Shown: positions 49,719-63,877 of the stretch, one piece after another
Layout: each line of letters opens with the position of its first letter
How positions within the stretch are numbered: position 1 is the stretch's first letter
Assembly (NCBI GenBank): GCA_020137815.1
Contig: CM035360.1
Span: 3,906,001-3,970,000, forward strand
Direction: 5' to 3'
DNA length: 64,000 bases
Origin: Hormiphora californensis
Taxonomy: Eukaryota; Animalia; Ctenophora
The notes under the pieces: generated by a model
Database searches by the model: none
Told to the model about the DNA's origin: nothing
The model's input: only the letters and a program-made list of their open reading frames with translations
Program-made: the position numbers and the translations under genes

Positions 49719-51021
49719 CTTGCCCTGTACGCCATCTCGAGCTACCTAGCCTTGCTTGTTTCTCCTCTTCATAGCTCAGCAGCTGTCGCCCCCTCGTGCA
49801 GTGTGATCACTTGCTCTGTATTTTATATCTAGTGATCATATAATGATTGTCTATCAGTTCCTGGAGCCCCCCAAAGACCCCCACCTGGTTAAGGTTGAAT
49901 CACCCACCGTCCTTATTACATCCCTGACCCGGCGGTCGGCCTGGACGGAACACCTGATTGAAACACCACCTGCTGCTGCCCGGTGTGCTACCCCCGGTCG
50001 TGTGAAGGGCTCCAAATTTAACCGGCCTAACTCTGCTGGAAGGCCTCGAACCTCCCCTGCCTCGAGGTACCTCCAATAATTCTATTAGGTGCCTTCAATG
50101 TTTATACATAGATTCCTGCAGTAATAACCACATAATATGGCAAGGACCGCCTTCGATTTTGTCATCACCCAACAATTTCTGTTGATTTTTGATCAAGGCA
50201 GCCCTTTTATTTAATAAAAACACAGTCATTTTTTGGTAGGTAATTTTAAATCGTAGGTAATACAAAGTTGAGACGTGGGTAATTATATTTCATATCATCG
50301 ATAGTAGAATGAGGAAAACCTTACTAACACACATTTCCATGCATCAAAAAACATATTATTATAATTTTTATGTATCACTAATTATTATCTTCAGTACATG
50401 TTACTAACTACTGTAGTAGTGACTCGGCTAAACATCAGTCGACGATCAGCCAAGTAAGAAGTTACAATGTATAATGCCATTTGCGCACTGACAAAATGAA
50501 CACACATGTCATTGGGAACTTCTGTTCAAAGAAGCACTGTACTACATTCAACGACCAATATATATCATCTCTTAATAGAGGTTCCTAAAAGTTAAACAAT
50601 CTGAACACAACAAAACGACCAGTTACTTAATAGCTGCACGAGCTAAAGGGTTTATAGTAACTGTTGACGCGTCGGTTCAATGAGAAAGAAATTAAAAGTT
50701 GGCAATACCTAGATAGCATTCAGCTGTGTATAATTCAACTGCACTGACCACTCGTTAATCTAAATGAGAATATTATATTGAGAAAAAACACCATTCGTTG
50801 AAAATATGAAAAGTCTGTATCCATTAACTTTAAAATCGCTATTGTTGAATAGATCGGTAGTAAAGTCGGACAAAGATGCTACCTACGTAATATATAGCAT
50901 GATGTTTGACGCATATTATATATATATATAATATGCATATATAATATATATATATAGTTGTATATTGATAACTTATATATATATATATATACACATACAT
51001 TGCTTGTTATATGTAACATAT

Positions 51022-51192
51022 TAGGGGGTATGTATAATCCTGGATAACCCGGATAGCTCGGATAGCCCGTATAATAGGTATTTTTAGGAAAGCTATTCCA
51101 GCATATATAATGTAATACGGACTATCCTGAAAATACTAATTATCCGGGCTATCCGAGCTATCCGGGCTATCCCGGATTATACATACCCCCTA
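51022..51192. mobile_element. Palindromic MITE
   Basis: TAGGGGGTATGTATAATCC...GGATTATACATACCCCCTA with internal CGGATAGC repeats. Confidence 0.8.
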
Positions 51193-51592
51193 TTGTCTTC
51201 TGAAGTAAGTTATACTGCTGGTTTATGTAAGTATTCTAATTTAGAGTTTGGCAGTTGATAAACATACCAGACATGATTAAACGAGGGATATATCGAATTT
51301 TCGTAAAAGTGTAAACTTGAGATACCGGGGTCATCGGGGGGAAGGATAAATGTACGCTGTGTATCGCGGTATACTTTATAGTTTTTATATCACACACAAT
51401 TCTAAACTGGGGGAATTTGTCCGGTTAATATCAAGGCCGGTACGGTAAATCGGTAAACGGTAAATCAAGGTTCGACTTAATAGCCACTAAATCTTGGACA
51501 CCTTACAGTTAAATAATTATATTATATATCAAGATATGAATAGTTCTACATATAATAAGTATATAAGGTTGCTCATAACACGACGAGCTTAA

Positions 51593-52061
51593 AGTGAGAG
51601 TGGACCGAATCAGAATTGGACAAGTTTTTTGTAGGTAGTAGAGATTAGCGCTCTGAGAATTTTGCGTTCTTGCCGCTCAAAATCGACCCAGCCATCACTG
51701 AGATATTTTTGTTATGTTGGGAGAACTCCTGTTTAATCAGTATGTAAAAAACAAAATAGAAACAATCGTCGTGTTTTACTAACACATTCTGAATATAAGG
51801 AGTGAGGTTGACATGCTCATGCACAGAAGCAGAACAATGCAAGTTAGCATATTAAAAATTTAAAGAATGTGTTAATAAAACACAAGGATTGTTTCTATTC
51901 TGTTTGATAAATGTTGATCCAGCAGGAATTCTCCCAACATATCAAAAGTATCTCAGTGATGGGTGGATCGATTTTGAGCGGCAAAAACGCAAAATGCTCA
52001 GAAAGCTAATCTCTATCACCTACAACAAACTTGTCCAATTCTGATTCGGTCCACTCTCACT
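51593..52061. mobile_element. Kolobok-like MITE
   Basis: TTAA at 51589-92 and 52062-65. TIR AGTGAGAGTGGACCGAATCAGAATTGGACAAG, with arms about 120 bp. Confidence 0.88.
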
Positions 52062-52870
52062 TTAAGGTATTGGAGAGAGAGATGTCGGATTTTAGATCGC
52101 GACAACTCAATTCCTTATTCCGAGATGTGAAAAAGAGGTGGTTGGGCGAGAGAGAACGCTCGATTCCTGGGACGACAGAATAAGGAATACCGGTGATCCA
52201 CCGGAGCTCCCTTCATTCCTCGTTGAATGAGATCCCGCAAAGAATAAATCAATCATAATTTGGACTTGCTGCCCACAGTTAAAATTGAGCCGAATCCTAA
52301 AGTAGTTGGCATTATATTGTTTGATATCACTACATACTACGAATATATATTTCGCCATTTCATATATATCTAATCGCTGCATGTCTTACACAGTCTAGTG
52401 GATTCCAGCCTGACACATCTCATGGTTGTTGTGTTGTTGTTGTACTCACTGATGTCTTACAACCACGTGTCAAATGTAAGGACTGTTGAATCTCTATTTG
52501 GTTGTAGATAGATATAGCTATATATTGCAGTCCCAAAAGGAGTACCTAATCAATGTCCCAGGAAAAGATAACGTACCATGGCCACGGTTCGCTGTTACAC
52601 CCTCGCCGATATATTAACAAGTGCAACACTATAGTGCTACACCATTGTTCACAGTCCTTACTCAGATAGTCTCCTTGAGTCCGATAAACAGCTCTCTCGC
52701 TGTATCTCGAACCCAAAATGTGGAGGGGTGGGGGCTAGTTGTTGTTGACTCTGGGGTGCTGCTTTCCCAACAAGGTCGAATGATGTCATTGACACACATA
52801 CACACACACATACATACACACACTAGTACGCACACTCACACACACGCAGCAAGTAACAACAACTAGATCA

Positions 52871-54097
52871 TTATATCCCCTCGCCACTGCTCATCTGGAA
52901 CTGGTAGTGACCAGTGGTAGCGCTTTGGAACTCACGTTGTACGGACGCGGTAGTAGGGTGCTGCCACCCTGAGTAGTTACCGGGCCAAACGTGGGCCAGG
53001 CTAAGTTTCGGCTGGGAAACGTTGGAAAGCTTTATCTTGAGTGACAACTCCGGCTGTTTATCCTGTTGAGGTTGTGGTTCATGCAGGCGCTGATCGAGAG
53101 GTGCAAAGTGAAGGTTGGATCGCTCCTCCTGGATCTCTTGGTGATACTGCAGCATGTCCTGACTCGTCACTGGGTTAAAGTCATGATGCTTACTCAGCAA
53201 GTCGACATGATCGCCCCTTTTGGATAACATTGATTGTCTGTTTTTTCCCGCACAAGATCTCTCGTAACTCCGGAGAAGACTCATTTTGAGGATGCGCTTG
53301 CCAGAATCAATCGGAGGGTGAACGTTTAGAGACTCTTCTTCTGCCATCAGCTTTATGTCAGAGATGCTTTTTCGTAGCTGTAGGGAAAATGATATTAGCA
53401 CAATGAATTCAGCCCTTTGTTCTGAGATTGAAATTCGTATCGCAATGCTTATTGCTTGTGAACCCTAATTTCCTTATTGCTTACCCTAATTTCGAGGGCA
53501 TTAGGCGGGTGGTTGTGTGGTTGGCCCACGGTCACAATGGCACCCTCCTTGTTGGTGCTAATGCGAGACTTGCAGGGTACTGGATTGGCGGCCGTTCTTC
53601 GACTCATCATGCATCTGTGTGAGAGAGTTTGAGAATTTGTTAAATAATGTACCAATTCTCGGTATTTGCTCATTAAAATACGATTCAACTCATTTCTTGG
53701 AATTCAATATTTTCTTAGCGTTGTAATTCTCTCCATGTTTCTCTCTATCTATCTCTCTCCCTCCTGTGATGCATATGAATTTCGATTCTCGACTCGACAA
53801 CACATACATGTCGATCTGTAGGCCTACTGCATGACATAAAGAAAGACGAAAGTTAAACAGCCATTCGAAATATAGAGCTAGGTTACAGCCTTCATCACGT
53901 CTAATAGTTATACATTGGTATATGTAGTTACACACATGGTGTATAGATAATAGTGATACATACCTCCAGTAGATGATCCCGTTCCTAGATCGGTCCCTGC
54001 TGAAGCGGTGATCACCACATATCATGTGGACAGAATCCTTTGTCCGGCCCGTTATGAATGTCACCCCATTATTGTACGTTACGACCTCCCCGGACAT
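52871..54097 (-). CDS. FLYWCH-type zinc-finger protein, 3 exons (54097-53964, 53614-53485, 53377-52871)
   Basis: Spliced MICGDHRFSRDRSRNGIIYWR|CMMS...CKSRIST...HNHPP matches the FLYWCH/WRKY-GCM1 pattern. Canonical GT-AG junctions keep the frame. Confidence 0.8.
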
Positions 54098-55159
54098 GTT
54101 TGTTAATTGCCCTGGCCTAAATATATGAAAAGAGGGGTTATGTTAGATCTGAGATGCGGATGTATAGCAATTATCGTCTCTATAGATCGGCCTTGTGTAA
54201 TAGCTAATTTAATTAAATTTAGGTCCTTTCAGGACCGTAGGTCATCACCATAGGTCATCAAATAGTTAGCACAAGTCACAACATTATATGTATATCTCAT
54301 TTAAACTCAGTATATAACTATTGAAAACATTGGAAAGACAAGGTGGAATTACACACTGTTTTGTTTCACAATTTATTGTGCTTTTATACTGAAACTCCAT
54401 ACAAATGTAAGATGCTGCTATGTAAGTGGGAAAAGCTTGGTAAGAAAAATGTTGAGAAATAATTGGAAGTTATTAGCTGCTGGGACAGTTGATTTTGATT
54501 TTCAAACTAAAAGCTGAGTGGAAGGAGAAGGAGAAGGACAGTTGGTGAACCACATCAAACGGAGCCAAGAGATGAAACACGAAAGGCATCATTTGCTTGC
54601 TTATTAACATTCCCCCGTACATCTCACTATTATAGATCGTAGTACAGCTTTTGAAAATGAAGGGAATTGGGAAACACAGCGTTATGAAATGCTTCTTAAA
54701 CTCGACTAGCGCGTGTCTAGTTACTAGACGAACAGTTTATACTAGACTCTAGTATAAACTGTTCAAAAGTAATGTAAAGGAAGTTATACAAATATGGTGT
54801 GTGTGTGGGGGGGGGAGGTGCAGTTAGGCCCCTCAAGGTTGGTACAGCAGGAAATATACACTAGAACTCTCATTACCACCCCACTGTGGGCGATGATAAT
54901 TTATGTGTGTATTTTTAGTACATTAACAAGAGGCATATAACAACGTTCAGACTGTTTCAAGTGAGGGACAACGTTGTTCTTCACTTGAAAAAGAAGCAAA
55001 AGTCCCCTTTACTTGTCACAGAGAATCTAGATTAAAATTAACAATGTAGGTATAAAATTAGTGCTATTTTAACGATGCAGGCATAACAGAGAGTGTAAAG
55101 CCACAACAACAGCGGTGTGTGCCTCAGTTGTTAGGCAGGATGTACAGAGTGTATATTTC

Positions 55160-55236
<77 letters not shown>

Positions 55237-56279
55237 AGTCTCTATATATATATATGTGTGTCCATCCGTCTCTGTCTCACACGAATAAAAACAACGCATA
55301 GACAAAACTTCCATTCGCCGGTCGACACACGAATAGCAAAGCACACACGCACACACTGAAAGAGAAGGGAGATAGATAGAGAGAGAGAGATAGAATAAAG
55401 GAAGACACACACAGAGAAATAGAGCAAGAGAAAGAGAGGAGATATTTCCAAGAAATGGCCTTATTAGAACATTGGTCTTCCTAGAAGCCAGTACCTGAGA
55501 AATGTGGCAAGCAGAGAGCACAAGCTTTAAAGAGATAAAGAGAGATAAAGAGAGGAGAGAGAGAGAGAGATAGAGAGAGAGATAATAGAGCTAGAATAGA
55601 GATCCTTGCTCCCCTCCTCTCCTCTCTCTCTCCTCGCTTCTCGTCGCTCTCTCTCTCTCTCTCTGCTCCCTCTCCTCTCCTCGCTCGCTCTTCCTCTCCT
55701 CCTCCTCTCTCGCTCTTTCGCAGGCTCCTCCTCATCTCGCCAACATCTATCACACAAACTGTCTCTTTACCGGATATCGGCGTACACTTTAATAATTATC
55801 TATGGACATAAAATGTAATTTCCCTCCACAATCTTCCTTACTCTCCACATTATTCCAAAATATACCACTATATCAACCCTTAGGGCCAATTAACGAACGT
55901 CCTCCACGCTATAAAAGCTTAAAGCCGCTTACTTCCTTACTTCCTTACTACTGTTGATAATAAGAAAAGGACAAATTTAGAATATCAAAATTAACCAGAA
56001 GGAGAATACCAATAAAATCCGAGACAACATTATGCCATTTAAACCCCCGCGTGGGGGGTGTAAATTATCCCTTAAACTCTCTCTCAATACTCAACGGGAA
56101 AACACAATTACAAGCTCGGCCGATATCTCACATCGCCCCTCTTTTACAAATGTAAAGAAGGGTTAGACCAATAATTTCAAGCCCAGATACATCAGTAGAC
56201 CACATACAATTTCGAATATGATATTGAACTATTATAGATGACAAACAACTTGTCAACTTTTAACGATCTCCCTTTTCAG

Positions 56280-56347
56280 AACGACAGAACACTACACGCA
56301 ATGGTACGATAGCAAGAGTTGCTCCAGTAGAGTCGGGTCAGGAAAAG
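56280..56347 (+). other. Isolated 68-nt exon with strong splice sites
   Basis: CTCCCTTTTCAG|AACGAC...GAAAAG|GTGAGT. Open when entered in phase 2 (TTEHYTQWYDSKSCSSRVGSGK) or phase 1. Confidence 0.5.
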
Positions 56348-56786
56348 GTGAGTTCAGTACGAATATATTGTATGATATGCGGTACGAATAGAGAGACTTT
56401 TACAACGTGGTATAGTATGTGTCGTTTCTTGGAGGTAATCCACGGTCCTTGTGACTAGCAACTATTCGCCCACACGGATTGTCTCAATGGTCGACCACCA
56501 AAAACGCAATACACGCACAATACAATATGATCAAAACTTTGGGCGACCCTAACAGATCAAACGATTACATATATCCTCCGACCTCCAACTACAAATGCAG
56601 CACTATACGAGTCACGAGGGGGAGGGGGGATAGGTCACGAGTGATTTGTTACAGGGGAACGTTGAGAGGTGGGGAGGGGGTTTGAATTTTTTTTCAAATA
56701 TCACGTGACATGCCACGTAGTATTTAGTTTTGCGGTGCTTGATGGGAAGATGGAAATTAGGGAAACTTTGAAAAATTTATGATATA

Positions 56787-56956
56787 CAGTCGGACCACGA
56801 TTTAGGGGCCCCCGATTTAGTGGCACCCCGATTTAGGGACAGGATTTTTCCCCCCGATATAGGAAATTAACATTATTTGACCCGATTTAGTGGACACACC
56901 GATTTAGTGGACAAGAGCCTTTCCCCCGAGGGTGTCCCTAAATCGGGGTCCGACTG
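56787..56956 (+). mobile_element. 170-bp Tigger-family MITE, followed by a truncated second copy at ~56963-57028
   Basis: TA flanks and CAGTCGGACC...GGTCCGACTG termini. Confidence 0.88.
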
Positions 56957-59841
56957 TACCTACAGTTGAGCCCTGATTTACCGGGAAGATAAATTTGCCC
57001 CGATACAGGATATTAACGGTATTGGACCGTACATATCGAATAGAGACTATTTTGCAACGTGGCATAGTTCGACCCGTTTCTTGGAAGGTGTAATACCAAT
57101 TATTCGCCCACACGGTATATTAAGGCTTGTCTCAATGGTCGACCACCAAAAACGCAATACACTCACAATATACACTATCATCAAGTCCTAGTATATATTA
57201 TTAACGCTTACAGACTTTGGTTTTCAATTATCAAGTCTTACTTCAACTGCAGCATTATTCGATTCACGAGAGGGGCAGGCGGGTAGGGGAACGTAGGAGG
57301 GTGTGCAATTTTTGAACTTCAAATATCACGTGACATTGTTTTGGAAAGGAAGATGGAAATTGGGACAACTTCGTAATCAGAGAAACATAGTAAAAGACAA
57401 GTAAAATTAGTAGACGGGAAAGGTTGCCATATTATTTGAGCTACCTTTGTCACCTTTCCGGCCTACTAATTTCAATTAGTTTTGGTATAATTTGCATTAT
57501 TTTTGGTGTGTTATATCCATGCAGATAAATTAGAACTGGTCTAGAGAGGTTGAAATGACGAAACTACGAAAATTTCATTTTTGACGCCATAACGTGACGT
57601 TACGACGTCATAATGATGATGTAATATAATCGGGATTATCTAGATAAATATGTTGACCAAGTTTGAATTGATTGGATGAGATTTGAACCCGCTATGGCGA
57701 AAAAAAACATATCGTCTATTTTCACATACCGTCTGTTTTCACATACCGTCTATTTTCACATTATAGTCATAACACTTTTGACACGATTTATGACCCTTAG
57801 AAGTCGATTTTCGGAAATTTGCAATAGAGTATCTAAAAGTTCAGACAATTCTCATATCTTTCCACACATAGTCTTCGTTTTTCGATTAGAATCCGTCTTC
57901 AGGGTGGAAATTGAGCTCAATTCAAAAAATGATTTTTGCAGGATATTGCTGAGGATGATAAGGAAAGCTCACCCCCAACAAATGCACATTGCACATACAT
58001 TCGGTAGATCTTTCAGCTAGCGAAAACTAAAAGTTTCTATTATTTTTTGTTTGGCGTGAATATGGTTTATAAAAAGCGTCTATCCGATGCGTGCGTGCAT
58101 ACGTGTGTGCAGGCCTGTTATACTGAATCTTCAGCAAATGGGACCAGTCTGTAACTTCGGTCTCAGATGAGATAAATTTTTTCCCCGCCCGGGTGAATGC
58201 CAAAGGAATTCACCCGGATGCCTTTTGCAAAAAGGCATAGGGGTTTAGAATTCGACAAGTTTACATACTAGTGAAGTGTCACGCTTTTTTGTCCCGTGAC
58301 GTAACCTGATTAGTTGCAAGGGACAACGGTGTTGCTCCTTCATCAAATACTTCAATGGCACGTTTTCAGGAGATGTGAGCCGTGCAATGTGGCGCACAAT
58401 TTAGTGCTACTAAAACACAATGATTTGTTCTATACGGTTTGAGTGATTCATAAATGATCGAAAATGTCTGTCCCGCCTTCACATTAGATGCTTATGAAAA
58501 TAAAGGTTGGCGGGGAACATAGCATTATGAAACATAATGCAGTTATTCTTGTTAACTTAAGTCAAAGACCCCAAGCCGGGTGGTGGGTATACAATATACA
58601 TTCTAAAGTCTAAGTCAAACGAATAAAAGAGAGCCACGCTATGGCCTTTTGAAATCTGGGTTTTTAGCCTAAATACCCATAAACCGTATAATTGCGTTTC
58701 TGACGGCGCTTTTGGGGGGGGGGGGGGGGATGGCAACATTTTTGCTTGCCAACGCAGTGATAATATATGTTTACGATAATTGATATACATGGGTTTGATA
58801 ATATTTGCAAGATTTGTGCAGGACAAAACTCACAAACAATATTAGATTAGCTAATGAAAACTAACGTCTTGGGCAAAAAAATATCCCCCCTATAATATGA
58901 CTAGCATGGTTCCAGATCTCGTGGAGCCCTCAAATTCGACAACTAAATAGATTCCACAAATATTTAGACTTTTATCTCAAAGTTCATTTTTTGCTATAGG
59001 AATGAACATCGTCATTCATTCCAGAAAACATTATTTTTCGGTGCAATTGTCTTTGGCTATCGATTAGCGTACCATGAATTGCTAATCAGGCTTAGAGGTG
59101 GGGAATCACGTATCATAGGGGATGCTAAAATACAGAAAAACTAAACAGATTGAAGTAAGACACAAAATAGGGAAGTCAGAAGCAAAGTAGGGGAGGGCAG
59201 AGTAGGGGCCGCGGCCGAAGGTGAAGACTTTTTAGAGAGAGAACGAATATTGGTTGGTGAGAGCGGCTGCAAGGGATTGTGTTACATTCGAGCATCAATT
59301 TACAGTTTAGATGTGACCTGGGAGCTGCAGATAATACCAAATAGGTGGCTCTCTAATGTAACGACGCACAGTCATGCAGATCAAATTACAGTCATGTGAA
59401 TGCAGAACATACCCAAAACACACCCATCCCAAACACACCATGGCACATTTCACACTTTGTAGGGCGTTAAAATTGATTGTTTTGGGGTGTCTGAAAGTGA
59501 AAGCCGAAAGAAATTGAGAGAAATACCTGACTTCTGAGAGGGAAAAATAGAAAAAAAAAGAGTTGGCACACACAAGTCTAGACCCTTTGGTGTAAGACTG
59601 TAAGACTGTAAGAATGTAGGACTTCGGCTCGGTTCGGAGAGGGCAGTTTTACTTACAACAGTATTAAAGCTCTTGATACACAGACCGAAGAGAAATCCTG
59701 CCACAGCTTGGGCCCGCTAAATAAACATTGGACCTGTGTGTGTGTGTGGGAGATAGAGAGAGAATGAGTGAGGGACAGAGAGAGCCTTGTTAGTTTTTCT
59801 TCATATAAACGTGTCGCCCTTGACTTCTCTCTCTATCTCTT

Positions 59842-59890
<49 letters not shown>

Positions 59891-61144
59891 GTATCTCTCT
59901 CTCTCTCGCCCTATCTCTATCTCTATCTCTGGCCGATAGCATGTCATTCGACCGAAGAATCTCCCTCTCTGTATCTATCTCCCTACTATATATTCTATCT
60001 CTTCCGGCTCCCCCATCACCCCCCCCCCCCTCTCTCTCTCCCGCTCTCCCTTCTTTTTGATTCTCTCCGTACGGAATTCGGAAACAAAAAATACAAAAAC
60101 TTAGGCTGGACCCCCTCCGACCTTGATCAGTAATGACTAATGACACCAAACCATGCTAATAAAGTGTGTCCCTCAGACGGAAGTACGGGTATCGAAGTGC
60201 CGAGTTTGTATACGGCTGTAACGCCCAAGTCCTTCCTACCTCCGTCACCCCTACGAACAAAGCAGTTTGTGATGCCACTAAAACTTCACCAGGTACCTGC
60301 ATCAAGGGGTTCAACCACTCTTATCGAATCAAGTAAAAATATCATGGACCGTGGCGTTGATTCAATCAATCAACTTGATTGGACAAAAGAATGGCATTTA
60401 AAAATTTCCGGGCACAATCAAAAAAAATTGTATTTTCGCTTTAAACCCCAGAAGAAAAGGGAGCATCGGGCCCCAAATCAGCCCCCCCCACCCGGGGGTA
60501 ACGGTGGAAGGAAAGGCCCCATCGGGCATTAAAGTGACGTTTTGTCCCCATTTTGGGAAGGGTGTGGGCCCCCCCAACAAAAAAATTCCCCTTGTCAAAA
60601 CAAGGAAAAAGGGGAAAAAGGGGGGGGAGAAAAGGGGGTATGTGAAGTGGGGTTGTGCCCCTTTAAAATTTAGGGAAAATTGGGTTGGTGAAAGCTTCTG
60701 GGAAAGGAGCAAATTGGGGCATGGGCTGCAAAAAGCGAACCTTTCCCCCAAAATCCCAAAAATTTTTTTAGGTCCCGCCATAAAAAATGGATTTTTTCTT
60801 TTCGACGTTTAATTGAAAACGACTTTCCCCTTTAAAAAAATATGGCACTTATTAAAGGGGCCCCCTAATTACGGGCTTTAGAAACCCCCCACATTACCAC
60901 AAAAAAATCCCGCAAAAATTTTGTTGGTGTAAACCTGTAATGTAAATCGTCAAAAAATGGGGAAGGCTGTCAGGCCAATGCTTCGAACCCCCATTTTTCG
61001 CCCCCGCTTTCCCCGAGAATTTGGGGGGCCAAAAGCTCTGACAGGAATTGAGCCCATATTTTTGGTACGTTTTACAATACAGGATAGAAATGAAAAGGGC
61101 GTTGCCCAGAATCTTGTTGAGTAAGGGGTGGGTCCCACCCCTTA

Positions 61145-61725
61145 ACGGGTGACAACTAAAAATCTGGACAGTTTTCTGTGAGCTCTAGCGCCGGCCCCGT
61201 TTGAGATACAGCTTCAGGCCAGTGATAGAACGATTTTTCAGACAATTTTGAATCAGAATAACAAAACGGGAAAAACTAAAAAGTTCATTTTCATTGCGAT
61301 ATCGCATCATTTCCTCTTGACCCACCAAAGCATGTAGTACGGAGATTTGAGATTTCTATGTGATCAGAAACGACCTTCCCGATGAGATAAAATTCTCAAA
61401 TTTGTAAGAATGGTTGTTCATGCCATAACCAACATAACTGCCAAGTTTCAACATTTTAGCTCATCAGGAAGTTGGTTTTCCACGTCATAAATGTTTCGAG
61501 AGATCGTCAAAATGGCGATTTCTCAATTTACCTGTAAACTACGCTTTGGAGGGTTTGTTACAGATGATTCTGTGATTAGAATTGAGATTATCGGAGTGTG
61601 AAACAAAGTTAATTTCGTTCAAAATTGTCCGAAAAACCATTCTATCGCTGCCCCGAAGCTGTATCTCAAACGGGGCCGGCGCTAGAGCTCACAGAAAACT
61701 GTCCAGATTTTTAGTTGTCACCCGT
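61145..61725. mobile_element. MITE with ~110-bp TIRs and TA flanks
   Basis: TA|ACGGGTGACAACTAAAAATCTGGACAG... and its reverse complement ending ...GTCACCCGT|TA. Confidence 0.85.
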
Positions 61726-62299
61726 TACTTAACAACCAGAATCCCAAGTTAACCACCACAAAAATTGCGAAGAGTTTTCTATCCTAATGTGCCCTAGGAG
61801 TGGAATTAGATTTTAAACAATTACACCGGTTTTTAGCCTATAAAATAGAACTTGATTGTTGCGTGAACCATTTTGAAGCACTTTCTGTATTTCTGAACTT
61901 AAAAACGCCTGTTACTGTACATATATAATATATATTCCGTATTCCTTCCTACTATGCTTAATTTTTCTTCCTAAATATGTTTTATGTATGTTGATTTGTC
62001 TATCAGTGCAATCTTCTGCCAAATCCGAGATCCGACATCCAGCCTACCACACTCACTTTACAACAATACAACATGCAGCATCTTTATGTGTACTTGTCAT
62101 GATCTTGACAGAACTCTCTGTCAGCAGCTCTTCTGCCAAGTAGCGTAATGTGTGTCTCACCACTGCACAAGCTGTGCATTGCTGCTGGGACTCAGCTAGC
62201 TGATCATTGCATCTTGTTTTGTGTGATCTCTCAATCTCAAAGATTTTGTTTTGTCTTCCATTTAACGCGACTGATATCAAACAACGTTTTCCTCTATAG

Positions 62300-62493
62300 T
62301 AAGGGAAGAGGAAAGTCAAAGAGTGGGAAGTATGCAACAAAGTAACGTGGACGAGCTCTACCCAGACCCCTTCGAGAGTGCCCCACCAGCCTTTGTAAAT
62401 CGACTAGCTGAAATGACTTCCCACCAATCAGACACCGTTAGGTTTGAGAGGACTCGCCGGACTAAAACACGCACTCGATTAAACAATTCTTGA
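62300..62493 (+). CDS. Probable terminal coding exon, possibly C8orf89-like
   Basis: After the acceptor TTCCTCTATAG it reads ...ELYPDPFESAPPAFVNRLAEMTSHQSDTVRFERTRRTKTRTRLNNS*. From memory this resembles the DPxxxAPxxF/YxxRLxxxxxxxxDTI/VRxE motif followed by a basic tail. The 5' exon may be the ORF starting at 60140. Confidence 0.4.
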
Positions 62494-62537
62494 GGGATGT
62501 GCGGTCACGTACAAACAATCTTCTTTGAGTTATGCTG

Positions 62538-62634
<97 letters not shown>

Positions 62635-62727
62635 GCTCTCTCGTATCGCTCTCTCTCTGCTATCTCTCTCTCGTCTTCGTCGTCTCTCGCTCGCTCTTCT
62701 CGCCTCGTCTCTCTCCTATCTCGTCTC

Positions 62728-62763
<36 letters not shown>

Positions 62764-62816
62764 CTCGCTCTCTCTCTCCTCTATCTCTCGCTCTCTCTCT
62801 CTCTCTCTCTCTCCTC

Positions 62817-62853
<37 letters not shown>

Positions 62854-63877
62854 TCTCCTCTCTCTCTCTTCTCCTCTCCTCTCCTCTCTCTCTCTCTCTC
62901 TCATTTCGACTTTTTTTTCCCGTTTTGTGTTAAATATTAAAACAAGGGTTGTTAATGTTGTTGTGTTTGGCGTGTACAAAGTGTGTGTATGATTGCAACT
63001 GAAAGATGGGTCAAGAGATAATAACGAATTTGCAAATAAGAGAGTGAAAGATATTGTATTTGGCCGACATAAGAGATGGTGTACGATCGATGGTCAACAA
63101 CAAGTTTTAATACGTGAAACACCTGTCGTCGTGAACTTGATATGGGAGATCGAACTAAGGGTCGAATATTCCGTGGGATTCAATTTTAGAGTTGATGAGC
63201 TGCGGCCTCAGTGAGCTGCCAGCTGGTGTCAGACCTGTTCAAGATATCAAATGCCACTTAAAAACATCTAATAGCTGTGTGGTTTGATGATGACTCAATC
63301 TTGCTATGTCGTGCTCTCTAATGCGGCCTGTACGTGCAGTACACAAGTTAAGTGTATATTGGACACTGTTCATCTTTAGACAAAATTACAAACTAGGCAA
63401 ATGTAACTTTTGATTTTAAACTAATTTGCAACATATACAGGAAAAGTAGCACACATAAAAATATAAATATATATAAGTCCCTGTATATAGAGCAGATTAG
63501 AGGCAGGTCTAATTAGACGCTTACGCCGCAGAGTCACACTAAATCAATTTATAGGGTAATGTAGATAATAAATTAGTTGGGAGGATCCGTCTGGCGGTGC
63601 AGACCCCATGTCTGAGCGCTGCCAGACACTAGACAGGGGAGGATATAAAAACATAGGGTAATGTTGGTAGCTATAGCTACCTGTCTCTTGCCGGTACACG
63701 CACCATGGAGGCAGCGAAGTAAACATAACACACGCAAAGGAAAATGTAGGACAAGAGATACTCGACTAACTCCCAATTCGCCATTCGCCATTATCTGCAG
63801 AAAACAACCGTAGTTCGATGTTGCCACATGTGGTAATACCACACTGGTACACACTGGTACACCACGGAGGTATTATA

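Noticed and set aside
60400-61100. ORFs 60398-60781, 60504-60812 and 60950-61138, and unusual homopolymer-rich composition
   Set aside because: The pattern of inflated short homopolymers looks like a low-quality read tail. Similar degradation appears at about 55400-56150.
62993-63214. Plus-strand 73-aa ORF ending at a phase-2-like GTGAG
   Set aside because: No ATG or convincing acceptor, and it could equally be the last exon of a minus-strand gene. Unresolved.
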